Assembly: GCA_977030845.1 (NCBI GenBank)
Contig: OZ365110.1
Location: forward strand, 31,186,001-31,250,000
Source of the DNA: Fimbriosthenelais zetlandica
Taxonomy: Eukaryota
Direction of reading: 5' to 3'
DNA: 64,000 bases
Part shown: piece by piece, positions 38,261 through 50,298 of the stretch
Layout: every line of letters starts with the position of its first letter
Numbering within the stretch: the first letter of the stretch is position 1
Position numbers and translations under genes: made by a program
Notes under the pieces: model-generated
Told to the model about the DNA's origin: nothing
Seen by the model: the letters and a program-made list of their open reading frames with translations, nothing else
The model's database searches: none

Positions 38261-41200
38261 CTCTCCGAGTTACTCGCTAATCCTAGCTTCACCTTCTCCC
38301 TTCACCCTTTAAATGTCCGGCCAGGGAGGAGGCTATTATATAGCCATCTGAGCAGCTTTAAATGCCAGGGTTTGAAAGGGGGAAAAGATACCATGAACTT
38401 CATCCCATATACACCTGAGCACAGTCAAAAGCAGCTGCACATTTACTCGAAATATCCCTATAATCGGCCCTCTAACTCATTCGCAAGGATGCAGATGGAT
38501 ATAATAGAAGAAAGGATGATAAACACAAATAGTATACTAAGAAATCACACAAACACAGTGAAACATCTAATAATGTATTCAAGCCCGAGTAATGAGTGTT
38601 TTCATATAACATTGCCCTAACCCCATGGGTTCTAGTCTTAAAGGGATTTCCACTCTGAGGTTGCTGGAACAAGCTCCATTCACTGTTATTGGCAAAGGCT
38701 TCGGCTGGAGAACCCCCTACTGACCAAACGACCTGAGCTGGAGAATGGAGCCGAACCCTCTGACCATCTAACAAGCCATCCGGTGCCTGCCCCGCCCCCC
38801 AAGCGTCAACTACAAAACGCTATTAGCATGAATTAACTGGCCCCGGTGACCCAGCAAAACCTCGCCAATGGGGCGTTAGCGTCCCAATATGGGAATCCAG
38901 TGTGGGAGAAATTACTTGGAATTTCTCACTCGCATAGGGGTGTCCCCTTTAATATGGCTTCCATCAAAGCCATGCATTATTTACCATGCCTCAGTGATAC
39001 ATTCTCGAGGCTTTTCTAAAATGCATTGCCGATCACTCTCTCCATCCTTCATTCAGTCTTTAGGTCAGAGCCTATAGGCTTTGTTTACAATTGATGTATA
39101 TACCCCACAATTGTGTTTAAACCAATGGACATAGTTCTTAAAGAACACCTTCAGGCTATTGATCTTTAAGCAACGAGAGTTTTTCAGTTCTCTTTGTCCT
39201 TAATGAGACAAATACTTATTTCTCCTGACGCAGTGAATATTAGATATCTAAAAATAAAATTAGCTTCATGCAAGTCTACAGGGACCTCTAAGTCTGTTAT
39301 ATTAAATGTGTCAAAGCTAGTAATGACCGGGACACTGATTGATGAAGGAAAAGTTGCCAGTCCATTTAAGGAACAATATTTGTCGATAAAGTGGCTTGAG
39401 CATTTAGATGGCGAGGGGAGATGTAGGGAAGGGAGAGCAGTTATTGGTGCTGGGTCTGAGCTGCTCGCACCAGGCCTGGCTAAAGCTTGAGTCGCTGGGA
39501 AGCCAGCCAGCTCTGGGTGGCACGAATATTACCCTGTCTTCATTAGGATTTCCAGGCTAAATATCTGCCTACTAAATGATATTGCTTCACTAATATCAGG
39601 TTTATACCTCTACGGTATTGTACCGTAAATTAAGGTCAAGATGTCATTGAGTTCTGTTCCTAACTTATTATCTATGATTGTGATATAACCGCTGATATGT
39701 AAATGCATTGGTTAATTAACAGGGAGAATACATTAACTTCCAATTTCAGTCGATATAGATATCACACAATATAGTTTGCGTTAATGAATATGACATGTGA
39801 TAACCTCAAATTATCATGAGGAAATGTATTTCTTATGAATAACCCAATTAAGATTACGCTAAATGATGAGATGTGTATGGACATTAGTTGTAACAACCTG
39901 AGTGACCAACATAATGAGCCAATAAAATCAAACCAATCGTGATATCTTTAGCTATACATTTTTATCTCTCTGAGCCTAACCTTCCTATCTTAACCGTTGA
40001 TAAGCTCATATATGAATGAATCATCAAAGGGCAGCACCATATGTACGCACGGAAAAGGATTCAAAGGTTAATCTTGGAGGAGGGAATAAATTGAAATAAT
40101 TCATAGGGATGGACACAGGAATGTTGGAAATGAATTCCATTTTGTGTTTAATGGTGAAGGTCCAGATGGACAATATAATTGTTGTAGTAGCAAGCATGGA
40201 GAGTGAGATAATGGTTTCCATGGCAGTCCCCAGGCTATCTGTACTGATCTGACTGCATGTGACTGCATGCCCTGCCAGTTCATCTACAATAGCCTCTCAC
40301 ACACAACAACGTCCTTATAGCGCCCAGTACAGAGTCAAGCAGCCATTCTCTGACCCCCCCAATAGTATTTGGACGCTGGCCACTACAGGGTTTACTAAAA
40401 TAGACGGCTATAGCCCTCGTCAGAGCACTAAGCAAATCTTCCAAGCACCAGTCTGTTAAAGAGGTCTAAAACATGTTCATTTTATTCACCTCTCTCCAGT
40501 ACTCTGTCACGGAGTATAACCCTTGTTGCTGCTGGTCAGTTCTGACTGGCAGTATGTATAGCGCATCGGTGCTGGCGGATGATTTGGCCCGAGGCCGAGG
40601 GCCTCGTGATGACCCTCGGTAATTGGTAGTTCTCAACCCGAGTCAAGTGTCATTCACTCGTTGACGGCTTTGGTATAGAGAGAGAGAGGCAGAAGGCCTG
40701 CATTTGCCTGCCACTCTTTTTGCTTCCAACTATATCCATAGACTTGCCAACATACTTCATATATTCCATATAAATTTCTGTATTGTCTCAACGTATTAAC
40801 ATTAAAGGCATCTTCAGCTTGATGCATTATTACAAGTGAGAAAACCGTTTGGCGGCCATTAGTAAATCCGATTTGGGGAACCGGAAGTTCAGCCTTAGAA
40901 ATTTGAAACCAGTGGAGATTAATTATCGGAAGCCTGCATGGGGCTGCGGGAGGCTCTGGTAGATCAAAGATATATTAATATGTTACTTCTATGAATAGAT
41001 GGACTTTGTTTTAAATACGGGCCTCTAGTTACAATTAACACCTACTATAGGGATAAAGGCCAGTCTAAAACAGCAGCGACCCAAGCAGATGTTATATCTA
41101 TATCTGAACCAACCAGGTTAAATGCTTGTGACTGTTTCAGCAGATGGCACAAGTAGTTTGTGCATTGTCGCCCAAGTCAGAATCATCAGAAACAGGTCTC

Positions 41201-41717
41201 TGTTCTATTAAATATAATATTTGTGTCCACTTCATAGACCCTAGTATCCAGTTGATTGCGAGCTATGCCACATCTACGTAGCCATCATTTTAAAGCCTGG
41301 GTCAAATACTTCCATCTTTATACTACTCAGTCTTTCTGATACGTGAGTCACAAATTACTGGGAATTTTAAGCCATCCACAAGGAACTAGGAACTAGGTTT
41401 TGTGTGAAAGGGTAGATATCAATGTTCGTGGCTCCCCTATGAACTCATGCAGAGACGGGGTGAAAGTGACTCTAGTTTTACTGGGGATTTGCTCTGCTGG
41501 GCTTAAATAGGCTGACAGATTGGACGTCCGGGGTGTCCTACACAACCATGACAACATCTCCACGTGGTGGGAAGAGAAGGGGAAGAGGGAGGGGGTAAAG
41601 GAGAAGGGGAGGGGGAGAAGGTCGTTTCAATAATTCACGCTTTGCCACAGAAAGCGGCCTAGCTCACCGACAAGTGAATAATTGATAAGAAATGTGAAAC
41701 TCTCCGCTAGCACTCAC

Positions 41718-41773
41718 CGTTTTGGCGACCGAGTCAATGAGGCGTATGTACAAGTCCTGTTCTTGTCTAACTC
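41718..41773 (-). CDS. coe: COE/EBF coding exon 4 (G-VRQEQDLYIRLIDSVAKT)
   Basis: Matches the conserved R(T/Q)EQD(L/F)Y(V/I)RLIDS. Acceptor ...ggaccaaag, donor GTGAGT. 56 nt. Confidence 0.96.
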
Positions 41774-44700
41774 CTTTGGTCCGATCATCGCAGCAGGCAT
41801 GAAAAAAAGATAAGCCACAGATTAGTATTGTTGTGTAAAACCATTTTAAAGGGGATGAATATTTAAAAACGTAAACAACAGTGTGATATTTTCCTATTCA
41901 GTGCAATAGTTCAATGGTTCATTTCTGATGATGTGCATGCATGCATATACTCTATTCTGAAATTACTATATGGCAAAATGCATTTATCAATTGTGCAGTT
42001 TAAAATTCAGTGGTTATAATTACATATATTTAATTCTGAACCTAAATCTTAATTATAGCACCTCATTGATTATAAAACATTGATTCCTATCATAGAAATG
42101 AGCGTTTTATTGTGAGGACTACCCCATGAAACCGAAACTTTGAGATCATATGGGGAATGAGTATAAGTGTTTCCTTTTAGCCCACGAGTAATGTCAACAA
42201 TCGAAGTACAAATTTGATTCCCACATTCCTAGATTCCTTACGGGTCGTCTTTATAAGCTACATGTGGCAAAAACAGAGAACCTTCTGGCACATCAATAAA
42301 GACACCGCCAGGCATATCAGAAAACAATAATTTGTGCTTTAGATGCAATAATTGGGTGCCAAGCTCGAGGCTAAACTACTTGCTACCCGATTCAACAGCC
42401 TTCCAGTAATTCAATTATTTGGGTTACGCAAAGCGACCGAGAGCTTCAAGTAGGCAATGGTTGGCACTACATAATCCCGCGTTGGCATCAATTCTGGCTC
42501 TTAATTTGCCCCATTGAATGCTTGATATTTCCCCTTCCGGCCATGCAAAAAGGGGCGCTTTTTAGACTGATTTCATGGATTTTTGGAGTGATTTTGGCTG
42601 CATTGACTGACTGAGGGGTATAAATCCATGGGTTAAATAGTGAAGGCTTGCTTTGAGGAGGAGGAAGTGTATGGGGTTGATTTTTCAGGGCTGGAGATAG
42701 AGGGGAGAGGCAGCAGGGTAAGTGGAGATAGGAGAAGGAATCAATAGGTCAGTGTAATGTGGGCGATAATAGGCTTTTGAAGTGAGCGATGCTGGGGGAG
42801 AGATGGCCCAGTCAGATTTGGTCAGCGATCGGCAGAGTTAGCCCTCAAGCACAAACTCCACACTGTAAAACTAGAATAGAATCTGGTTTGACTTGATATA
42901 AAGTGTGAAACGGTAAACTGTGCCTTGAAACGCGAAGAATCCATTCTGTAATGATTCTATATCAATTATGTCAGTTTGAATTCTAACATTGGTCTATGCC
43001 TATTATTCTCGCAATCATAGCCTTGGATCAATTCTCCAAATTTCCACAGTGATTTTACTAATTTTCCACGTTTTACAGAATATTTCAGAGTTTTAGAGTG
43101 TGACCACTGATCAAGCATCTCAAAAGTGCCGATGCCGAGTGGTGCTTTAAAAGCCTGAAAGATTAGAAGGCAGAGTTTGGTAAAGTAATACCAGGATTAT
43201 CCCAGCCTCACCCACTCCTCAAATAGAGTTAGGCTTTCTTATTAATCAACTTAAACTTCTTCAAGACCAAAAAAGCTTTAATTATAGACCTGTATGATGA
43301 TATTCCATCATCCGTAGGGCCTGCCCATAATGATTTGTAATGGATTTATCCTATTTTACTGCAAAATATCGAGCCCCTTTCACATTGAGGATGAAGTAAG
43401 GTTGTGTGGACTATGCCATGTATTGCCTATTATGGTTTGCGTGTGTGAGACCCACTTTAGCATACAGACTAGCGCGCCAGCAATGCATCTTACTTCCCAC
43501 GGCCAGAGCATCTCACGCCCGAGCTGTTTCCACAGCCCGTGTTTATATGGATTAATGTCCCGACCATAGATTGACATACATGTGTTGTGTGCTAGAAGCT
43601 GGCATTGTGGGTGCACGGGATCACACTCATAATATTCCATGACAGATGGCCAGCGGGTGACCCCCGCGAGCCGGGCTATTGTCGGCAGGGTATGGCGGGA
43701 TGAAGACGGGTGGAGGCGGGGAGAGAACCACCCCCGCTCTCCCAGCTGCTGAGCCACTCCCATTCATCCACCAACGGCTTCGGTGGGTGGCTGGGAGAGC
43801 GCCCGTGTAGGAAGCTCGTGCCACCGCCTTTGCGGCTGCGTCTCCGGTAGAGCTAGCCCTGGCAACCCCGTCCTCCCGTGGGTTACTCCAACCCGCGTCA
43901 AAAGCCTCTAATCCTCCAGCTTTTCACTCACGCCCCCAAATCTTCATCAATTATTCAAATAATATCAAAATGGAATTGATTCACGCGAAACCGGGTCAAG
44001 GAATGAAAGATTGTCCTCTACTAAATTCCAAGGTTCCATTCAGATGGTTGGTAATAGAAAGAGTGAAATGCTGGGAGAGAGCAGGTTGGATCTTCAGGGC
44101 CACAGATGGTTGATGGGTCGGCGAGCCGTCTGCCCGTCTGCCATCCTCTTCTAGTTTATGAATAAACATGCTCTCCCGACCGGTCACCACTTAGGAGCAA
44201 GATGACCAACCCAACAAGGATTTATAAGCCTTTCCTTTTAGTCCCCAAATATAGCCAGCGACCAAATCATTCCTTGGATCTTTTTCCTTTGCTTTTAGCT
44301 TAAAAAACAGCCATTGGTGATAGCACAGAGAGGGTCTTGCTATTTTGGCTTTATGAATAAGACCCTTGTGGATAATTGTGTATATCTCATTAATTTGGCT
44401 GTCCAATTAGTAGGCTATCAGCACATCGGGGCCTGATGTTCTCCCATTAAGGGCTGAGCGATATGAACCACCAGTGTGTCAATGGAGTGCCCGAGATGCA
44501 TACATTATTCTCTGACAGTATGTAAACATTGGCGCCCGCGCCCTCCCGGCACGGGCAATGCACGGGCGACCGGCCCACCATATCAACCCATTCAATGTCC
44601 TATTGATACACCACTTAAGGAACCCCTCAATAACAAAAATATTATCCCCTAAAGTGTCTGATGTCGAAAAAGAGACACTGTAGCTGAGGAGTGGATAGAA

Positions 44701-46244
44701 ATAAAACATTCAAAGGGTTTATCTGCGGGACTAGCGGTGGAATTTGATATTCTGTTGGCATCTATAGTATTATTTATCAGCATCCTATTGCATATATGGT
44801 GATATCGGATGTTCCTCGCTAAATAATAATGTTCAAAAGATCCAGATTGAATCATAGAATATTGGCGCGTGCGAGGTCTGTGCGCGCGCCCACCCAATCG
44901 ATTGCATGTATATTTCATCAGGCTCGTTTCAACACTATTTCAACAAGGTTATAGTGTCTAATTACATTGCCAATACACCATACAGTGCCAGCAAGGTTGT
45001 ATGTTTGGCTTTGCAATCAGTCCAAAGTCCATCAATCATTGGCCAGGGCTTTGGTCCTTGAAGTTCGGTGTCAAGTGCAAATACCGTCAAATACAATTTG
45101 GATTTCGAGACCCCCGAAATATATTCGGCCTGTAACCATATGTGATATATAGTATGAAATAAGATATCCAATAGACGTGTTTAAAATTTCCCTCCCATTG
45201 CGAATAGAAAGAGAATATTGAAACAGAATGGAAAAAATCAATGTCGTCATGTCCCTACTAATGATATTACACAACAGGAGAAGTGAATAATGGTCTTAAT
45301 CATAACAGCCATGCGCGACAAGCCTGAAGCAAACCCGGGCTTATGTTCCTTTCCAATAGTGATAAATTACCAGTCTGCCCTGCCCAGATGAATTTTACAC
45401 TTCTCCATTTTGAATGAAATAAATTATTCCCGGGAAGATTCAAGCTCTCTCTTAATGCAGTATACATCTCGTAAATTGTCACCCATTGCGGGATAATACT
45501 ATGCATTCCAATATAAGGAAAGGTCTATTGTTGTAGGCCTAAGTAGCTGACTCCATTCCCCCTAAAACCCTTAATCTATGGGCGGGGTTGACTTATGATT
45601 TTGAATAGATGCCCATGTCAGTTAATGTATATCTTTCAATCAAGATTATTTCGGACCGAGCGCGTTTGAATACCAAACGGTCTTGTGGCCATATTTTTTA
45701 AGCTGACGAGGAAAAAAAGAAGCAGAAAGTCCATAAAAGCTATACCCCCACCCGTACTAACCCTTAGCGTGGGGTATTCTGTCCGAGACATACCCCACCT
45801 GCAACTGGTCGGTGAATCTGCCACTTGAGTGGTCATTTATTGGAGGGAGTTGAGGGTTGAAATCGGATTTCTGGCCGTGTGATGGGAGAGAAGATATGCG
45901 GGTGTTTTCGTGAGGTGCACGCCCGTGGCACGTGCGACACAATGTCAATTCTCCTTTTTGTAATCAATGATGATTTGATCGGGGAGAGAGAGGGCGGAGT
46001 TGGGAGTTAATGAGGCAGAATATTAGCCAGATACGTCCAAAAATCCTCCATATTGAGTTATAGCAATAATGTACTCCGGGGAAGTAGAGTTTCTGATGTC
46101 CTTCAGTGAGTTTTTGCTCGGTTTTCAGTCCTTTCTGAGCGTACATAGAGGTTCCTCGGGGTCATATTTTTTGCCCCTTTAAGAGTTTTCCATACAAGTT
46201 TATCATGAAGAATAAAATAAAATGAATTAGGGAAAATAACTTAC

Positions 46245-46308
46245 CGTTGGCGTATAGCAGTTGTAGCCGGTAGTGTATTCCATTATTTGTTTTGGTGGCC
46301 GAATCCTC
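46245..46308 (-). CDS. coe: COE/EBF coding exon 3 (EDSATKTNNGIHYRLQLLYAN-G)
   Basis: Matches the conserved KTNNGIHYRLQLLY(S/A)NG. Acceptor ctctaattgcag, donor GTAAGT. 64 nt. Confidence 0.98.
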
Positions 46309-46881
46309 CTGCAATTAGAGGTAAACAAAACAAAGAGATAAATATCTCAGGTGAGAATAAGCGGAGAGGTGTTACCTCTCTTGTTAGCGAGGTGTCGCTA
46401 GTGTGGCGGTGAGGTTTTAATTGCGCCATATGGCCTGTGGGCTTACTGAATGTAATTCTTTGTAAACGATAACAAAAACCTTGTCGCCCTACCTTTCTTT
46501 TTTTATTCTTACCTGTTCTGCTCCTTGTGTTACCTGTATATAATAATTAGTTAACACACACACGCGTGTTAACACATGCGAATGGGCGCGTGGGCGAAAT
46601 CACCCACAATAGATGCAGAAGTATTTTACATCTGCCATGATCATTTGTGCTTTGATCATATTATTTTTAATTGGAAGAAAATTTAGTTACTTGATTTGCA
46701 AAGTAATTATATGATTCATGAATTATATTTCCATTGGACAATTGGCGAAATACTTCGCAGTTACCAGATAAGAATGGGGAAAGCTTATCATTCACGAATA
46801 CTTATCCGTTAATTGAATTGGACAAATTCAAAATACAAGAATTTAATATTGATAATAAACTGTCAGTGGAGCTTCTCTTAC

Positions 46882-47035
46882 CACATCTTTTTCAACAAAA
46901 TCGATGTAAGCTGTCCTTTCTACTTCCACTGGCTGTCCGTGTTTGTCATAGAGTGCGAGAACAAAGTGGAAAAAGTTACTTTTCCTCAAGTTGCTTGGTG
47001 GCTGTTTCTCAAAGTGCGCCCGCCCGAGTCCAACA
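46882..47035 (-). CDS. coe: COE/EBF coding exon 2 ([52 protein letters not shown])
   Basis: Contains the COE signature [26 protein letters not shown]. Acceptor ttttccag, donor GTAAGA. 154 nt, in frame with exons 1 and 3. Confidence 0.98.
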
Positions 47036-47852
47036 CTGGAAAAAGAAATGAAAAGTCCGATAAAATGGAAGTTTAAAATTAAAGATGTGAAAGACTCCTA
47101 TGACGATATAGGCCCTATCTGTAATAAGCAAAATAGATGAACGGATCCCAAGATATATTAGAAAGTCCCGTTGTTTAAAAGAAAAAGGGTGTATAATGTA
47201 CTAGGTCTCCCAATGTGATTTTAGTTGATATGTAGAACATTAAAGGTAAGGGACCAGCACCTCCTCCGTGGCCTCAGCTAAATAAAACCTAATTCTGACG
47301 GGGGACCACTGGGCTAGTGTGCTAATTGCGTTGAGACTAAATAACCCGAGCCCTTCGAGAATAGTTAGTGGGGCATTGGGAGGGCCTTTTGGCACTCTTC
47401 ACATGGCGCCTTGGTCGCGGTTAAATAAGTGATACTGTTGGGATTTGACAGGGGAAGCCGGGGTCCGGCGGCAAGGGTATAAGGAGGCGAGTGAGGGATA
47501 AGGGTCCACCACAAATTTGGCAGGTGAACTGGCGGGTTTTTACAGAGAGAAGTAAAAATACTGGTAAACTGATGAATTTTAACCTGATTTGAACACGTGT
47601 TTGGATATAGGAGGCAATGATATGAGGCAAAGTGGAAAAACGGGCAGGCATGAATAAACGAAAAGGAAAGTTAAAGTTCAGGGGGGAAAAGTTATCCACT
47701 TTCTTTACGGGTACCTATGCATTGATGTATCCTTTTTCGAGAAAGAAAGTAGAAACGGGAATGATTTAGAGATACCAGACAAAGAGAAAAAGGTGAAAGG
47801 GGATAATTTCAACATTTGATCGGAAAAATCTGAAAATGGAAAATAAACGCAC

Positions 47853-47986
47853 CTGGCCGTGGAGGTTTGATCGACCACTGAGGGCTGCATCCAGTTGCGT
47901 ACAGTCCCCAGTTGGGTTGATAGGGGTTCCTCCTTCAGGCTGGTTACCGGCCCTCGGGGCTGAATACTATCCTGTATCCCGAACAT
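47853..47986 (-). CDS. coe: COE/EBF transcription factor, coding exon 1 (MFGIQDSIQPRGPVTSLKEEPLSTQLGTVRNWMQPSVVDQTSTA)
   Basis: The N-terminus closely resembles the EBF start MFGIQES...KEEPL...WMQ. ATG at 47986. Donor AG|GTGCGT at 47852, phase 2. The ORF-track extension to 47705 is intron read-through. Confidence 0.95.
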
Positions 47987-48889
47987 TTTCTCTCCCGACC
48001 CCGGCTACCCTCGGGTCACCACTCAGGAGAGGCACAGGCGGTGGTGATGGAAGCTTGGGAGACCAACAAGGGTCTCTGGATGACTACTACTCCTCCTCCT
48101 CCTCTTGCTTCTCTCCTCCTGGTCCTAGTCCGGGAGGAATTTACAACACGGGGTGGTGCTGCTGGTGGCAAGAGTGGTGCTGTGGTGGTGGATTTAAGGA
48201 TGGGTCAGTAGTACTGGCGATGGCGGGTGAATACAGGTGCAGGAGAAATGTCCTCGGTGACACCTCGGAGAAGAAAGCAGGTCCTCTTGGTAGGAATAGA
48301 TGTGGAATAAGAGGCTTTCTCCTGGAGATATTGGAAGATCTGTCTCCAAAAGGGATTAGAATTTTTTTCTCCTAAAGAAAGGAAGAAAAACCCACCTGTG
48401 TGTATGGTATGTATGGTTGTATGAATGGAGTAAGTATAAAGTTCTCCTGTGTTTTAAACCCTGGAGGGATATAAGTGTAAGTAGGCTTATAGTACTTCCT
48501 ACTAGAGGAAACGGTGGGAGGGAGCTAAGGGGCTGAGTGGTGTAAGTCCAACACACTGGAGAAGCAATGAAGGATAACAGAGTGTGTGTTGTAATAGATC
48601 ACTGGAGAAGCAACTGGAGGAGGCGCCCTGGAGAATGGACTGGAGAAGGAGTTGCAGTCCACTAGCGGCAGATGGCGGTACTTCACTGGGCTTCAAATGG
48701 AGCAATGTGAGAAAAGAGGGTCCACTGGTTCTAAAGTGGTTTTACAAAGTCCAAATACTTCATGTATATTGTTCTTAATAAACCAGTCCTTTCCGTGGAA
48801 AAGGGGTAATATGTTCTCTTCAAAAGTAAATTGAAGCCCAAGGATAACTTCCAGGATTTTCTATTATTTTCCAGGGTAAAGGATGAAGT
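47987..48889 (-). other. coe: Putative coe 5' UTR (about 900 nt)
   Basis: No minus-strand ATG from 47987 to 48760. The only upstream ATG is at 48763. The 5' end is inferred from TATA/Inr spacing. Confidence 0.55.
48555..48649. repeat. Short degenerate tandem repeat of CTGGAG(A/G)A (5 copies)
   Basis: Copies at about 48555, 48601, 48613, 48628 and 48639. On the minus strand each reads YTYCTCCAG. Confidence 0.7.
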
Positions 48890-48920
48890 GACGCAGTGTA
48901 TATCAATGGAGATATATATA
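48885..48920 (-). promoter_or_regulatory. Putative coe core promoter: TATA-like TATATATA (48920-48913) and Inr-like TCACTTC (A at 48889)
   Basis: The TATA start lies 31 nt upstream of a YYANWYY initiator, the canonical spacing. It sits at the 5' end of the ATG-depleted leader. Confidence 0.5.
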
Positions 48921-49019
48921 AATTGTCTTGATTATAAAGAAGAAAGTCCTTTCTTTTTGTAAATGAAATGAGTGTGACAAACTGGCTTTCCTTGATTTTG
49001 GTGGTTGTTGCTAGGAAAG

Positions 49020-49560
49020 CCAATGATGTTGCACATCCTTGTGATTATCAAAGTGGTAAAGAAGTCCAGTTGGAAAAGATTCTTGGTCACTGATCGCCCG
49101 TGTACGCGTAAACGTTGAACGAGAGCGTACTGAGAGGCTTGGTCTCTCGGGCCTTGCTTTTGTTGCTATCAAGTGCTGCTTGCACTGTTGGGCTATTCCC
49201 TTCAGCATCCCAGCCCCCCGCGGGACCCAACCTCTGCCAGCCCAACTCCCGCCGTGCCGGCCAATCAACGCGCCCCGAGACCTCATTAATATTCATGAGC
49301 TGCCATATAAGGCGCACGGTCGGCACCTCAATGCACGAGCGACCAATGGGAGCAAAGCAGAGGGGGAAGAACGAGCGGTGTTCCGCACATGAGATTATCA
49401 TGATAATTTTCAGTTACATTGACAATATACCGAGCACATGGTGTTTGTGTTTATGTGTGGGCACCCGCGAAAAGCCCCGCCCACATGCGTTCCTCTGTGG
49501 ATCCCTCCACGCGGGTGGATCCGGATCGGCGGCGCTGGTCGGGGACTCTAGATCACTTCT
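49020..49560. promoter_or_regulatory. CpG-rich proximal promoter region with CCAAT boxes
   Basis: CCAAT at 49020, 49261 and 49343. High CpG density from about 49090 to 49560, immediately upstream of the inferred TSS. Confidence 0.6.
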
Positions 49561-50262
49561 CAGTATGCTAGTTCCAGCATAAGAGAACACACCAGCTCCC
49601 CTCAAACAGCCCATATGAGACCTTTAACTCCCTCCACGGGACTTAGCCCTAACCACCTCCCCATCCTTTTCGCCTTTGCCGCCTGTAATATAACCCTCTA
49701 GTGTCATTATCATTCACAACTTGTTCTTATTCAAACTCTCTCACACGACCTCTTTTACTACGTCCACACTGCGACATTTTCTCTTTTTTTCAGTCTCCGA
49801 GATCATGAGATATTTTTAGGTTAACAGTGGGAATAGAATCCACATTAAGTTAAGCTTTAAAAGAGATATCATGGACCGCGAGCTGAAGCATTTTAAACGA
49901 ATCCTTCCTCGGACGATTCTTTACCACTTTTACCTCGTTTAAAACGACGAAGAAAAGAAAGCGGAAAAACGCGATTTTCTGTGCCATATCCGACTAAAAC
50001 CCACCAACAGTCACACTCTATGATGAAGCAACGGTGTGTTAACGAGAAATTTGACGGAAAACAATAGGAACAAACCGGCGAAACAAAATAATTAGGGACA
50101 CCATGGCGGCAGCGTCTTTATGTGGAGAAAGATCAAAGGAGAAGGCTGCTGTGGGCTTTCTACAGAGGCAGCTATTTTCACCACCATGGTATGTTGTCTG
50201 TACATTCTCATTTCTCGCTCTGAACCATTGTTTTAACCCCAGTTTCCTTTGATCGTGAACGC

Positions 50263-50298
50263 GCCGCCATTTTCTGGGAACTTCCGGTAGACTTCCTG
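50263..50298. promoter_or_regulatory. YY1/STAT/ETS-like composite upstream of coe
   Basis: GCCGCCATTTT, TTCTGGGAA, ACTTCCGGT and ACTTCCTG lie back to back. Confidence 0.4.

Noticed and set aside
46734-47076. 105-aa and 87-aa plus-strand ORFs
   Set aside because: They are antisense shadows of coe exon 2.
47705-47852. C-terminal half of ORF 47705-47986
   Set aside because: It is read-through into intron 1 past the GT donor at 47852, and similarity to COE stops at the donor.
47836-48375. 179-aa plus-strand ORF (the longest in the window)
   Set aside because: It is antisense to coe exon 1 and its GC-rich 5' UTR, and the peptide is low-complexity and unrecognisable. It is a shadow ORF.
49115-49582. 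155-aa ORF and overlapping ORFs
   Set aside because: They lie in the GC-rich promoter island, where stop codons are scarce, and the peptides are unrecognisable.
50103-50188. ATGGCGGCAGCG with good Kozak context and a GTATGT donor: possible divergent first coding exon
   Set aside because: The peptide MAAASLCGERSKEKAAVGFLQRQLFSPP is unrecognised, no downstream plus-strand exon was found, and CCATGGCGGC is equally explained as a YY1-like site.
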